A stretch of DNA of 64,000 nucleotides, from NCBI RefSeq assembly GCF_009914755.1, contig NC_060932.1; one strand, written 5' to 3'. The DNA is from the human T2T-CHM13v2.0 reference genome, Homo sapiens. The translations under genes were made by a program, and so were the position numbers. Below, piece after piece: positions 1 to 12,212 of this stretch (its first letter is position 1; every line of letters starts with the position of its first letter). The notes beneath the pieces are model-generated. The model searched no databases, had not been told where the DNA came from, and saw nothing but the letters and a program-made list of their open reading frames with translations.

Positions 1-1430
1 TTGAATAGTATTATTAAAAATGTCATGTTTCATCTATTTGTAATGTTTTTGAGTGTATCTCTGTATTTGAGTGGTTACTCTAGGTATTACATTATACACA
101 CATACGATCACAGTATACCGGTGTCATTGTATTATCAGCTCAAGTAAAGTGAGGAAAACGTACCTCCTTATATGCTGCTTTACCTTCCCCTATTTGTACT
201 ATGATAGTTTAAAATATTTTCTGTACATAAATTTCGAACCTCAGACACAGTGTTATAATATTTGCTTCAACTTTCAAATATGATTTAGAAAATGTAAGAG
301 AAGGCAAATTTATTGTATTTAGCCATATTTTCAGTCTTTCTGTTGTTCCTTCTTCTTTCCTTGTCTCACAATTTCTTCTTTTACTGTTTCCTTTCTGCTT
401 AGAGAATCTCCTTTAGCCATTTTTTAAGCATATGTCTGCTGGTGACATTCTTCACCTGAGAGTGTTTTGATTTCCTTTTCATTCTTGAAGGATGTTTTGC
501 TGGATATATGATTCTGAGTTGATGGTTTTTTTCTTCTTTCAGTATTTGAAAAATGTGTCACTTCCATCCAACAACCATGATTTCTGATGAAAAATTCACT
601 GTCATTCTACTTGTTTTTCCCCTGTAGATAAGATGTCACTCTTCTCTGGCTGCTTTCAATATTTGTTTCTCTCTCCCTTTAGTTTTCAGAAGTTTGACTA
701 TGGTGTGTCTTTATATGAATTTCTTTTTTTTTTTTCCGATCATCCTGTTTGGGGCTTATACACCTTGAATCTGTATGTTTACATCTTGAGACGTTTTAGT
801 CATTATTTCTTCAAGTACAATTTTTCAGCACCTCTCTCTTTCTCCTCTCCTTCCAGAACTCTGATGACAGAAATCTTTTGTTATTGTCCACAGGTACCCA
901 AGGCTCTATTAATTTTTTTCAGTATACTGTCCTTCTGTTGCACTATTGTTCTGTCCTTAAGTTTTGGACTCTTCTCTCTATCCTCCTGACCTGCCGTTGA
1001 GCCCATCCATGGAATGTTAAAATTTCAGTTATTGAATTTTTCAGTTCTAAAATTTTAATTTGATTCTTCTTTATATCTCCTTCTTCTTTGCTGAAACTTT
1101 CTATTTCTCTGCTGATACTTTTTATTTTTTCATTTGTTACTTGTGTGTAATTGTTCACTGAAGCATTGTATGATGTCCGCTTTCAACTCTGTCAGACGAT
1201 TCTAACATCTTTGTCAACTCAGTATTGGCATCTACTGCCTGTTATTTATCATTTAATTTGAGATCGTCCTGGTTCTTGGTATGATGAGTACTTTTTGATT
1301 GAAACTTGGACATTTCAGAGATTATGAGACTCTGGATCTTATTGAAACCTTCTCCACTGACACCCTGCATGGGCTTTGTTACCACATGGCAGGGATGAAA
1401 ATCTTGGCTTTCCACTTGGCCTTCTCTGAG
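1..1430 (-). mobile_element. Ancient L1M (LINE-1) fragment, ORF1 region
   Basis: AT-rich, T-rich plus strand. The minus-strand ORF 943-1158 (EIESFSKEEGDIKKNQIKILELKNSITEI...RRIERRVQNL) resembles the L1 ORF1p coiled-coil heptads. Degenerate, with stops. Confidence 0.75.
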
Positions 1431-2353
1431 ACTACCCTAATAGGAGAGGGAAAGGAAGATGTGGCAAAGGACACTCAGGAAGAAGATGCCAGAAGAGAGA
1501 GAAGAAAATGGAAGAGACAACAATAAGGAATATAGAAATTAGAGCCACTACCTCACATATTGAGAGGGAGATTTCCAGAGAGAGAGAGAGAGTGAAATCA
1601 AGGCATAGATTCATAAAGATATGACTTAGTGAGACAGAGAGACAGCCCCACATCAGCAGAGATGGGGGCAGGAGAATTCAGGGCCACACATACAGCCTGG
1701 GGGCTGTAAGTGAGCCAGAGACCTTCCTTCCACCTCCAGAGAAAATAAGGTGCTCGTCTCAGAGAGAGGCCCCAAAGACCTGGCTGGTGAGTCCTGAGAT
1801 AACCTGGAGTTCTTCTCCTAGAGAAGAAAGCCTTTCTGCCTCATCGCCCCTTCCCCACCCACTCATCTGTTTGCTCATCCACAGGTCTGAGGTGGGCCCT
1901 TCTTTTGTGTCTGACTCTGAGGGGTGGGTAGCAGTGGCAGGCTCTCTGTCTCCTCAAGGAAGTGGATTACGCAGAAGGTGTGGGTTATGAAGCCTGGTGG
2001 CTCCAGCAGTGCCCCCTGGCTAGACCTTTCACTATGCTGGGCTTCTAATCGGGGATTGCAGCTACTGGCTACCATTTTCCTGGTGCACCAACTTGTTGCA
2101 ATGAGAAGGAACTTGACTGAACTAATTTCAGCCCAGCCCAACACAAATCACTAATCTTCAGAAGCCTCCCAGACAATTCTTCCTCTCAGATGTAGGAACT
2201 GTAGTGTCACAGGAAAGGGAACAACATGATCTTGAAAGATATTACCAAAAGTAGACAGGTGAGAGACACCCACTTTCCTCCTCTTCCTAAACTTGAACTG
2301 GATCCCACATCTCAGGGGATCTGGGAGAAGAAGTGTGCTTTTCCTTAAGGCAA

Positions 2354-3440
2354 CATCACCATCACCATCACCATAATCACCATCACTATCATCAGCATCA
2401 TCATCACCATCATCATCACCATCACCACCACCACCACCACCATCACTATCACCATCACCACCATCATCACCATCACCACCATCACCATCACCACCACCAC
2501 CACCACCACCATCACTATCACCATCACCACCATCATCACCATCACCACCATCACTATCACCACCACCATCACCATCACTGTCATCATCACCATCACCATC
2601 ATCACCATCACCACCACCATCACCATCACTGTCATCATCACCATCATCACCATCATCACCATCACCACCACCACCACCATCACCATCACTGTCATTATCA
2701 CCATCACCACCATCACCATCACCACCACCATCACCATCACTGTCATCATCACCATCATCACCATCACCATCACCACCACCATCACCATCACTGTCATTAT
2801 CACCATCATCACCATCACCATCACCACCACCATCACCATCACTGTCATTATCACCATCATCACCATCATCACCATCACCATCACCATCACCACCACCACC
2901 ATCACTGTCATTATCACCATCACCACCATCATCACCATCACCACCATCACCATCACTGTCATCATCACCATCATCACCATCACCATCACCACCACCATCA
3001 CCATCACTGTCATTATCACCATCACCACCATCACCATCACCACCACCATCACCATCACTGTCATCATCACCATCATCACCATCACCATCACCACCACTAT
3101 CACCATCACTGTCATCATCACCATCATCACCATCACCATCACCACGACCATCACCATCACTGTCATTATCACCATCACAATCACCATCATCACCATCACC
3201 ATTTTTCACCATCATCATCGCCACCATCATCACCATCACAATCATCACCACCATCACCATTATCACCATCAACATCACCATCATCGCCATCACCATCATC
3301 ACCATCACCACGGTCACCATCATCAGCATTTCCATCACCATCACCATTATCACCATCATCATCACCACCATCATCACCACCACCATCATCACCATTACCA
3401 CCATCATCATCATCACCATCACCATCACCATCACCATCCT
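2354..3440 (+). repeat. (CAT/CAC)n triplet array with internal 51-bp higher-order VNTR
   Basis: About 1.1 kb of CAY triplets. The marker CTGTCA occurs at 2578, 2629, 2689, 2740, 2791, 2842, 2905, 2956, 3007, 3058, 3109 and 3160. Phase break at ATTTTTC (~3201). Confidence 0.97.
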
Positions 3441-3469
3441 CACAACATCAACACATAACAATGATAACA

Positions 3470-3690
3470 ACAAACATTTGTTGAGCACTTATTATGCACT
3501 AGATGCTATGCTAATCATTGTATTTACATTATTTCATTTTCTTTTCACTATAACCCTATAAGAGAGAAAATATTATTTTATTTTTTTCATATGAAAAAAC
3601 TCAAACTCAGAAAGGCTAAGTAACTTGCCTGACCTCACGCAGGTAGCTTGTAGTGGAGCCAGGATTCAAACTCTAGTCTGTCTGACACCA
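3470..3690 (-). mobile_element. MIR SINE
   Basis: ATTTGTTGAGCACTTATTATG...GAAAAAACTCAAACTCAGAAAGGCTAAGTAACTTGCC...GGAGCCAGGATTCAAAC is the reverse complement of the MIR 3' end, core and B-box region. Confidence 0.85.
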
Positions 3691-4284
3691 TAGACTTGGC
3701 CCAGCAGGAGCTGGTAATCACAGACCCTTCTCTGCACTCTACATAAGCATGCTCCTGCAGAGGTTGGGGGAGCCTGTAGTTCAGGACAGGTTGGCTGGAG
3801 ATCAGCCTTGGGTCCCCTGCCTGACCTGCACCCCTGCCCCCATCACTGACCCATCCACGTGAATGTTCTTTCTTTGGACATCGTGCAGCCAAATGTGGAT
3901 GGAGCTCTTCTCCCTTCCCTCAGCTCCTTTTGTTTTCTTCCCTTTTCCCCATTGAATGTTGCACAATGTTCAGCACGTAATGAGCACCAAGATCCCCTCA
4001 TGGACAGTGTAAGATTGTCCTCAAACCTTTCTCATAGATAATGGAAGATGGAGCTGATCCAAGGAACTCGAGCCAGCCCATTTGAAGAATGTGTCTTTAG
4101 CTCCACGTCCACACTGGAAAGAAAGTGAGGCTCCTTCGTCTCAGTGTCCTTGTGTGAGGCCTCGGGGAAGATGTCTGATTGGCCTGTACGGGGCCCATGT
4201 CCTAGCAGGGGTGGGGCACCATGATCACTAGCCCCATCTGGACCCTAAGGAGAGGGGACACCTGGGCCCCACAGCACAGGCAGC

Positions 4285-4440
4285 CCTGGACTCAGGTCCT
4301 GGCTCAACGATTTATGACAATCGGGTGAGTGTCTGCACATGTTTAAACTTCAGTTTCTCCATTTTCAAAGTGAAAATCCTAGGGACGGTGTCACAGGGCT
4401 ATCGAGGTGATGCAGTGCCTGGTGTAAGGTAGATGCCTGC
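4285..4440 (+). mobile_element. MIR fragment
   Basis: Core-like CTTCAGTTTCTCCATTTTCAAAGTG...CACAGGGCT...CAGTGCCTGG. Confidence 0.55.
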
Positions 4441-6409
4441 TACCCACACGTCACCCTCCTGTCTCTGGCCGGCTGTGTTTTCACTGGTGCATGAGGCTGG
4501 CACGTGGTTGTCCCTCAGGGCTTCTTAAAAAGGGCAGATGGGAACCCACTCATCCATGTTTCTAAAATCAGATTCTAGCAAAGGCCGCTGAGGGCTGCTG
4601 CCATCTTTCCTTGTCACCCAGCAGCTCCCTGGGAAGCCAGAATGCCCCGTTCAGAGAGGCCTGGCAGGGGGGCCTCTGCATGTTTCACTGTGAGACCCTG
4701 GAGGAGAGCTGCCTTGCAGGTGGCATTGCCCGGGATCATCCTGTCGCAGGGCTTGCGTCTCTGCCCTCTCTCTCCCCGCTTGTCAACAGCAGGCATGCCA
4801 AGGAGCCCTTCACTGCTAAGTAGCTCGCAGTGGCAGGGTGAGAAAATAGCAGCAGCTGACATTTTCCCCATGTGTCCCCAAGCAACATTAACCCCACTGA
4901 GTCACTCAACAACACAGAGATGTGGGGAAGGCGAGGACCTGTGTTTTACAGATGCGGAAATGAAGGACTGGATGGTCCCCAGAACTCTCCACTTCACCCC
5001 AGATGCCTTCTCTCCGTACGGAGTGAGGACGCCTCAGAGGCACCCCGCGCCTGGGCTCATCCCTGCTGCAAGTCCTCTGGGGCTCCCCCAGCAGCCTCCT
5101 GCCAGACAGCCCCCTCCGGCTCCGGCCTGTGATCAAATCCCGGCTCTGTCCTCAGCAGCGTTGCTCCTGGTAATTTCTTTGCCTCTCTTTGCTACGGTTT
5201 CCTAACTTGGACAATCTGGCTGGTGGGTTTCCTCTGTGAGGTCTGGTGAGGAGGCTGTGGGTGAGGAATGAGCAGAGGTTCCCCTTCCAGAATCCAAGCC
5301 GCTTTCCATGCCGGGTGCTTTATGCTGTCGGCTCATTGGATTGTGCCCTCAACTCCACAATGAAGGGGTTGTCCCCATTTTTAGATGGGACAGTTTCCCC
5401 CTGAGGTTTTGGAGATGAGGGCCAGGCTGGCTCGGGAGCCCGGCAGTTGGAGGCTCCCGCTTCTGTTGTGCCGCTGAGGTTCTCGGCAGCGGTGCCTGCC
5501 CAGAGCCCATTAGGCCGAGCCCTGGGAGGTCCTGGGAAGAAGTGGTGCTCAGGCCAGCTCAAGGGAGGGTGGGAGCTTGGCAGAAGAAAGGCTTAAGAAG
5601 CTCCAGGTAACCCTTGTGCGGGGAGAGCTGCAACAGGCCTTACTGGCTGTGCCTGTCTCTGGCCCCAGCGTCCAGAGCAGAGCAGCCTGCCTTCGGCTGC
5701 TTCCAGGCATCCTGCTCCTGGGAGGCCCTGTCAGCTCCAAGAGGCTCTTAGAGCAGCCTCATGCAGGGAGTCAGCAAACCTGTGCCTGCTTCTGGGGCCC
5801 CAGTTCCAGGGCCCTGGATAAAGGGTTAAGTGTCACTGTTTGGTGCCCTGATCTTGGGTGGGGGAGAAGCTGAGCTTGTCAAGGTTTGGGGAGTGCAGTC
5901 CCATGTGTGGGTACGTGGCAGAGGCAGCAGCAGATCGGAGGTTCTGGGGTGCTGATGCGGATCTTGTAGACTCACGTGCTGTGAAGTCAAACCAACCCAC
6001 TTCAGGTCCCAACCCCAGTCCCACCACTTCCCAGCTCTGTGTCCTTCAGGCAGCTCTCATTACTGAATGGTGACAGGACCTGAGCAGAGGCTGAGATACC
6101 AAAGGAGGAGGGTGTGGGGGCTGTGGGGGACCTGGGGGCTGCCTTCTTGGAGCCTGAAATCTGCAGCAGAAAGCAGGTTACATGGTTGTGTTTCAGTCCT
6201 CTGCTTATTACCCCCCACAGCGCTTTGCTCTCTCTCCATTACTTAGTTTACTTATTTGTGTGTGCGTGTGTGTGTGTGTGCATACATGTGCATTAGAGTG
6301 CATGTGTATATGCTTACTGTCCACCTTCTTTCTGAGAGGGTGACCTCCAGGACAGTTCCAGCTCAGGATGGCTTTCTTCCGAGGCATCCCTGTACCTGTC
6401 ACAATGCGA

Positions 6410-7230
6410 GCTCTCCAAATACCAGTAAATGAACAAACTCCAAGAGAAAAAGGACCAAGTCCACGAACAAGTCAATCACCAAGAAAGAACTGAAAACAGC
6501 CGGGAGACCACCCATGGACCTTGCCTCTCACATGAGATTCAAGCAACGACATGGTGTCTGCTGTGACTGGTGGTGGTGCAGGGGCTCGTGGTGTGGGGAC
6601 CAGCACGGGGGCAGCACTGACCCCAACCCCAGATTCCTGGAAGGCAGCTTGGCCCGTGCCATGGAAGGGTTTACAACACTCGCTCCCTTTGACCCAGCCA
6701 TTTTCTTCTGGTAAAGCCTCATAAAGAAATAGCTGGACGGGAGCCTTCGGCTGTGGATGCAGCTGTGATGGGCTCTGTAAATTATTAGCCACAGTCTGGT
6801 GCAAAGCTGGAAATGAACAAATTGTCCATGGACAGAAGGGTAGTGAAGAGAGGATGGAGCAGCCACAGAAGGTACACCAGGCAGCCATTCTGACAGTGTG
6901 GATTCGGGTTTATTACTGTGGAAAAATGTCCATGGTGTATATTATCGTGTGTGAGGCAGACCACGGGCAGCACGTCCCAAATGGGGCCACTTTGTAAATT
7001 CTCTCTCTCTTTCTCCATCGCTCCAGCTCTCTAGCTGTGCATAAGAATAATACAGAATATGATGCTTAAAAACCTATTTACCAACATTGTAATAGCTCCA
7101 GAGGAGGGCGGTGCCAGTGATTTTCCTTCATTTCATCATTCCTTCAGGTGTCGTCTTCATTTTTTATGTTTTTTGCAGTCAATGCTTATTACTTTAATAA
7201 CCATAAAACTGTTACTTTTCTATTTTTAAG
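6410..7230 (+). mobile_element. Old L1M (L1ME-like) ORF2 3' end and 3' UTR
   Basis: CTGGAAGGCAGCTTGGC...CCCTTTGACCCAGCCATTTTCTTCTGG...AAAGCTGGAAATGAACAAATTGTCCAT match hallmark L1 ORF2 terminal motifs. Confidence 0.65.
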
Positions 7231-7309
7231 TGGCTCTTCTGTGCTCATTGCTGAAGGCAGAGATCCTGTCTCCAGACTGCACCCTTGACTCGCCTTAAAG
7301 GAACAAAGA

Positions 7310-7490
7310 ATCCATTTATGACGTTTCTTGAGCACCTATGAGGCTGGGCGCTGAGCCGGTGGTGTGCACGCGGGCAGTCTCGAGGGCCCTGGGCCCCGGC
7401 TCTGCGAAGTTACAGTTACCACCCACATTTTACAGAAAAGAAAAATGCAATTTAGAGAGGCTAGGTGGCCTGCCCAGGGTCACACAGCAG
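7310..7490 (-). mobile_element. MIR
   Basis: TTGAGCACCTATG...CCCACATTTTACAGA...GGCCTGCCCAGGGTCACACAGC. Confidence 0.7.
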
Positions 7491-7984
7491 GGACCTCGCC
7501 CAGTGGGAAGAAGGGTCTTCTTTCATGTTCCTTTCCCAGGAACATGAGAGAGTCGGTCCATGAAGGATGTGTCGCCATTGAGGGATAGGGGCCTTTGGCC
7601 TGGGCCGAGACAGTGTGGCTGGGGAGGTCGTGCTGGGTGTGGGGGATGGGCAGGAATAGGAGGGAGGCTGTCTGAGCCTGGGGCTGGGGAAGGGAGGGAG
7701 GTGGAGGCATGGCTGGGGGCAGCGTGGGACCGTGGGAGGGAGCTCGGTGTCCTGGAGGTGAGTCGCCTACACCCTGGGCTGCAGTTTCTCCAGCCGGAAC
7801 ATGGGACACAGCCCTGCCAGGCCTATCTCCTGAGGCTGACCTGAGGACCAGGGGGTGTGACGGGCGGAAGGAGCTGTGAGCAGGATCACAGGGCTGTGCC
7901 GCTGGTGTGGTGCATGCTCAACCCTGAGCCAGGGTCCAGCGACCAGCTGTGCCCCCTGAACAGAGAGCACTTGAAATTCATGGC

Positions 7985-8115
7985 ACTGTGCCATGGGCTT
8001 AATGTGTATTGACCATTTAATCCTCTGCAAAGAAGATAATGCTATGGTGTCTGTTTTACAAATGAGGAAACAGCCCAGAGAGGCTCAGGGACTGGCCTGA
8101 TGCCACACAGCTCAT
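7985..8115 (-). mobile_element. MIR
   Basis: CATTTAATCCTC...GTTTTACAAATGAGGAAACAGCCCAGAGAGG...GCCACACAGCT. Confidence 0.75.
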
Positions 8116-8324
8116 AGGTGTCTCTGCTGGCGTGTGTCCAGCACCCTGGCCTCCTGATGCCGTGAGCTCAGAGGAGGGTCAGTGCCATAGAGGAAGTGCG
8201 CTGAACGCTCTTGGCCACGTGCCCTGATCTCTCTGGGCTGCAGATGCTTTGGTTGTGAATGAGGAAAGTCAGTCCTCCCCTTCCCCAGATGTCTCAGAGC
8301 CTGGAACAGGACATATTGGTAGAA

Positions 8325-8761
8325 CATGGGCCACAGTTACCACAAACTGGGTGGCCCAAAGCAGCAGGAGCTTGTTGTCTCCCAGTTCTAGGGCCAGAAG
8401 TCCAAAATCCGAGTGCTGGCAGGGCCGAGCCCCCTCTGAAGGCGGGAGGGGGATCTTTCTTCGTTGCCTTCTAGGTGCTGGTGGCTCTGGCAGTGCGTGG
8501 CATCCTGTGGCTTGTAGCCGCGTCACACCAATCTCCACTTCTGCCTTCACATGGCCTTGTTTTCTGTGTCTCTGTGCCCAAATCCTCCTCTCCTTTCATT
8601 TATAAGGACACCGGTCATTGGATTTAGGGCTCCCCTAAATCCAGGATGACTTCAAGATCCTTAACCAATTACATCTGCAAAGAACTTATTTCCAAATAAG
8701 GTCCTATTCCGCTGTTCTGAGTGGACATGAAGTCTCGGGAGATACTGCTCAACTTGCTATA
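8325..8761 (-). mobile_element. MaLR LTR (MLT1B/MLT1C-like)
   Basis: TACCACAAACTGGGTGGC...CAGTTCTAGGGCCAGAAGTCCAAAATC...TATAAGGACACCGGTCATTGGATTTAGGG...TTACATCTGCAAAGA...TCCAAATAAGGTC. Confidence 0.85.
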
Positions 8762-9029
8762 AGCTCCCCGTGTGTGGCAGAGCCTCCGGGAGATCCTCCT
8801 GCCCTGTCTTCATTTGAGAGGAGCTGTTGCATGACTGGAGTGGGAGCTCCCCGCCTCTCTCTGGCCCCCTCAGTTGAGTGACAGGCTGATGGGACTGTCC
8901 AGTCTCAGGTGCTGTGTGACAGGAAGATGCCCGTCTTGCCTGGGGCTGGTGGGGAGAGCTGCTGGTCCTGGTCAGGCTGTCCTAAGACTACAGTTCTGGG
9001 CTGAGCCTGCAGCCCAGCCTTGCTCAAGG

Positions 9030-9077
9030 GGGGCTGGATGTGGCCTCCCTGCTGGGGCTGGATGTGGCCTCCCTGCT
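9030..9077. repeat. 24-bp tandem duplication
   Basis: GGGGCTGGATGTGGCCTCCCTGCT x2. Confidence 0.9.
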
Positions 9078-9714
9078 GGGCCTGGGTCTCCACCAGCCTC
9101 AGTCTATACCCACTTCCTCCCATCCATCTCAGCAGGACAGCGGGGCCCAAGCTACTGCTTGGGAAGATGAGGATGAGTCTGGGCTCCCAGGAATCTGAGA
9201 ACCCCAGGAGGGGAGGTATTAGAAACAGAAGACCCTTCCTTTGAGTTACAGGTGGAGAAACTGAGGCCCAGGTTGGGGAAGCCATTTGCCTCAGCTCATA
9301 TGAGTCTGTTCACGGTTTACTCATTTAGTGATTGAGCAGACATGTGTCTCACAGCCCTTCCTGGGCAGGCCCATGTCCTCCTGGAGCACACCCCCTGCCG
9401 GGGACTCAGACCCAGCTGACACCCCCGGTGTTCGAGGCACCACCAGGAAATCCTTGGCCTGCGTGAGATTTGATCTTGAGGGGAGTCAGGGAGGACTTCA
9501 CCAAGGAGGAGGCAGGACTCAGGATGAGGCTGGGGATGGTCAGAGCTGGGCAGGTACATCTGAGGCAAGAGAGCATGGGGACCTGGCACTCCCAGTCCCA
9601 GCCCTGAGATGCCAGAGGGAAGCATGGGTAGAGGAGGGCCCAGACCTCACTGTGCCCCATAGCAGAGAGGGAGGCTTTGCCCTGGTCCCAACCACAGCCC
9701 TTGGGGTGGTCACC

Positions 9715-9855
9715 TGCAATCCCATGTGACAGATAAGGAAACTGAGGCCCTCAGTGGTGGAAGGGCTTGCCTGAGGTCACACAACCCTTCGGTGACAGAG
9801 CCAGGAGCGGAGCTCCAGTTTGCCAGCTGACAACGAGCATGTTCTTTCCACTGAA
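9715..9855 (-). mobile_element. MIR fragment
   Basis: CCCATGTGACAGATAAGGAAACTGAGGCCC...GCTTGCCTGAGGTCACAC...GACAGAGCCAGGA. Confidence 0.75.
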
Positions 9856-10199
9856 CCACATTTCCTCTTCAAGAACTTTCATTTTTCAGGAGAGACGTGT
9901 CACCTCGCCTCCTGGCCAGCAAACCTAACTCTGGAGACACATGCCTCTGTGAGGGTCTTCACTGCAGTGCCCTCCGCCCGGCTGCGATGGCAGCGCTCCA
10001 GCCGCCAGTGTCCAATGCACGGCTGCTCTTGGGGGTGGGGGGCAGGGAACTGTCCCTAGCTTAGGCCACACATGGGGAAACAGAGGCCAGGAGATTTTGA
10101 AACCTGTCTGTGGCCATGCAGCATGTAAGCATGGGAGGGAGGATCTGAAGACAGGCAGCCAGGCTCCAGAGCCCAAGGCATCCATCCATTCATTCATTC

Positions 10200-10307
10200 T
10201 TTTTTTTTTTGGAGACAGAGTCTAGCTCTGGGGCCCAGGCTGGAGAGCACTGGCATGATCTCGGCTCACACCTGGCTCATTTTAGTATTTTTTGTAGAGA
10301 TGGGGTT
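10200..10307 (-). mobile_element. Internally deleted, truncated Alu fragment
   Basis: T-tract, then GGAGACAGAGTCTAGCTCTG...CCCAGGCTGGAG...GATCTCGGCTCAC, jumping to ACCTGGCTCATTTTAGTATTTTTTGTAGAGATGGGGTT. Confidence 0.8.
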
Positions 10308-12212
10308 GATTTACGCCGGCTTCTCCAACTCTCATCCATGACCACCTGGATCCTTCCTCTCTTCTTACCTGTGGCCTCTCTCTCCATCTGCGAGAAACCT
10401 GCTCCTCCCACTCGTCAACCACTTGCTTGTTCAGTTCTGGTAAACCGTGCAGAAGCTTCATTCCGCCCCCGGAGGGGAATGACCTCGCCAGCTGGAGTCC
10501 CGTGCTGTGCACAGCTGCCTTTGCCTTTTGTCTTATGGACGCCACTCACTTCAGAGTAAAGGGCCAGCACCTTTTCCCTTCTCACTTGTCACCGTGGGTT
10601 TTGATCATAGATCATCTCTGTTGAAAACTTTGGAAATAAAGGGAAGAACAAGGAAAAAAGTCTAAATCACTGAGCATCACCCCTCCGGGGACCCTCTGCA
10701 GCTCCTTGGTGTTCACCCGTCTCTCACTCTTCCATCCCAGCTGTACCCCGAGTCAGTCTCATGTTGCTGGCCACAGAGGAGCCATTCATTCACTCTGAAC
10801 ACATTCTATGATGCTTTATCAACAAACTAGATGTGCGCTCTAGAGAGAAAGCTCCTGCTGTCCTGTGGGGCACCATGGAGAAGCTGAGTGGAGGAGGCTG
10901 GAGTCCGGAGGCCATGCACCCCAGCAGGGGAGCGCTGGCCCTGGCCGGGCTGATGGAGTCCTGGTGCTGGCATTCAAGTTAGGACTCTGTGCTGCTCAGT
11001 CAGACCTGACAGAGGCCTCCACCAGCTCCTCCCTGCCCCAGGGCCTTGGCACGAGCTGGTCTCCCCCAGGCCTTCCCACGCTGCTGCCTCCCCTTCCTCA
11101 GGGCTCAGCTTCGGCTCCTGCTCGCCCTCCACAGGCCCACCTCGAGCCCTTCCTGACCTTGGCGCCTGGTTCACTTCTGTTACAGCCATCGTCTCTGCCC
11201 CTGGTGATTTTCCTCACTTCCCTCGCTGCTGCGCTGAGGGACTGGGAGTGGTGATGGGTGACAGGTGCTCCTCAGAGACCCTGGTGCCGGCGGGACGAGC
11301 AGGGCTGCCAGCTGCACGAAGGGCCCAAGAACACAGGCAAGAAGCTCGCGAGTTCCCTCTCAGGGCTGGGGCTCTTGGTTTTGATTCTGGGCTCAGTAGA
11401 GTGAGTGACTTTGGTTATCGCAGCCTGGGGAGGCAGCTTTATTATTCAAAGGGAAAATTTGCTGAAGTTGCAGTTGGAACTCAGAAAACGGTGAGATCTT
11501 TGCTTTTGTTGCATCTCCTCTCCCAATGCCCCACATAAATTTTGGAAGCCTGCTGCTGGGGCTCCTCCCAGCCCTTTGTCCTCCAAATCCCCTTTGTTAA
11601 CTCCCTGGAAGGGGCCACCCAGGGCTAGGCTCTCGCTGCTCAGACTCACTGGTTGGGGGCCGCAGCTCATCAAAGTACAGAACGTGGACTCCTGGAGACC
11701 ACTCTCGTCCTGTGCACCACCCCCACCTCCTGTTTTACAGATGGGGATGCTGAGGGCTCCCAGTGAGTCAGCCCCTGACCTGGGCCCTGCTCCTCTAGGC
11801 CCCAGTGCCTGGGTTGGAGCAAAAAGAGGGTTGGAGGGAGCCGGTTGTGGCTGGCTTCGGATGAGCTCTCTGGTGGTGTCCCACTCTCACTGTCGTTGTT
11901 GTTTTTACTGTGGCTGAAGTGGGCTGCCTCCGGAGACCCCCTCGGCCCTGATGGTGTGAACTCAGGCAGCTGCTCTGCCTCAGGAGGGGTCCCCAGAGAG
12001 ATCGGGGGCTGACTCCCCGTGCAGTGGGCTCTCCAGGCAGGGCCTCCTGGCCTCTGAGCTCTCCAGCGAAGAGGCCTGAGGGAAAGCTGCTAGGGGAGGC
12101 AGGAGAGAAGCTGGGGAGGCAGGATGGGAGTGGGGGTTCTCACACCAGTAGTTTTGCTGGAACCTATTGAGGGATGAAATGGGTGGCCCATTTCAATAAC
12201 CCTGGGTGGTGA

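Noticed and set aside
943-1158. 71-aa coiled-coil-like ORF
   Set aside because: Decayed L1 ORF1 remnant, not an intact gene.
2151-3488. 445-aa, 383-aa and 285-aa ORFs (poly-His, Asp/Gly, Met/Val)
   Set aside because: These are automatic consequences of a CAY triplet array, where five of six frames lack stops. There is no splice, promoter or domain context.
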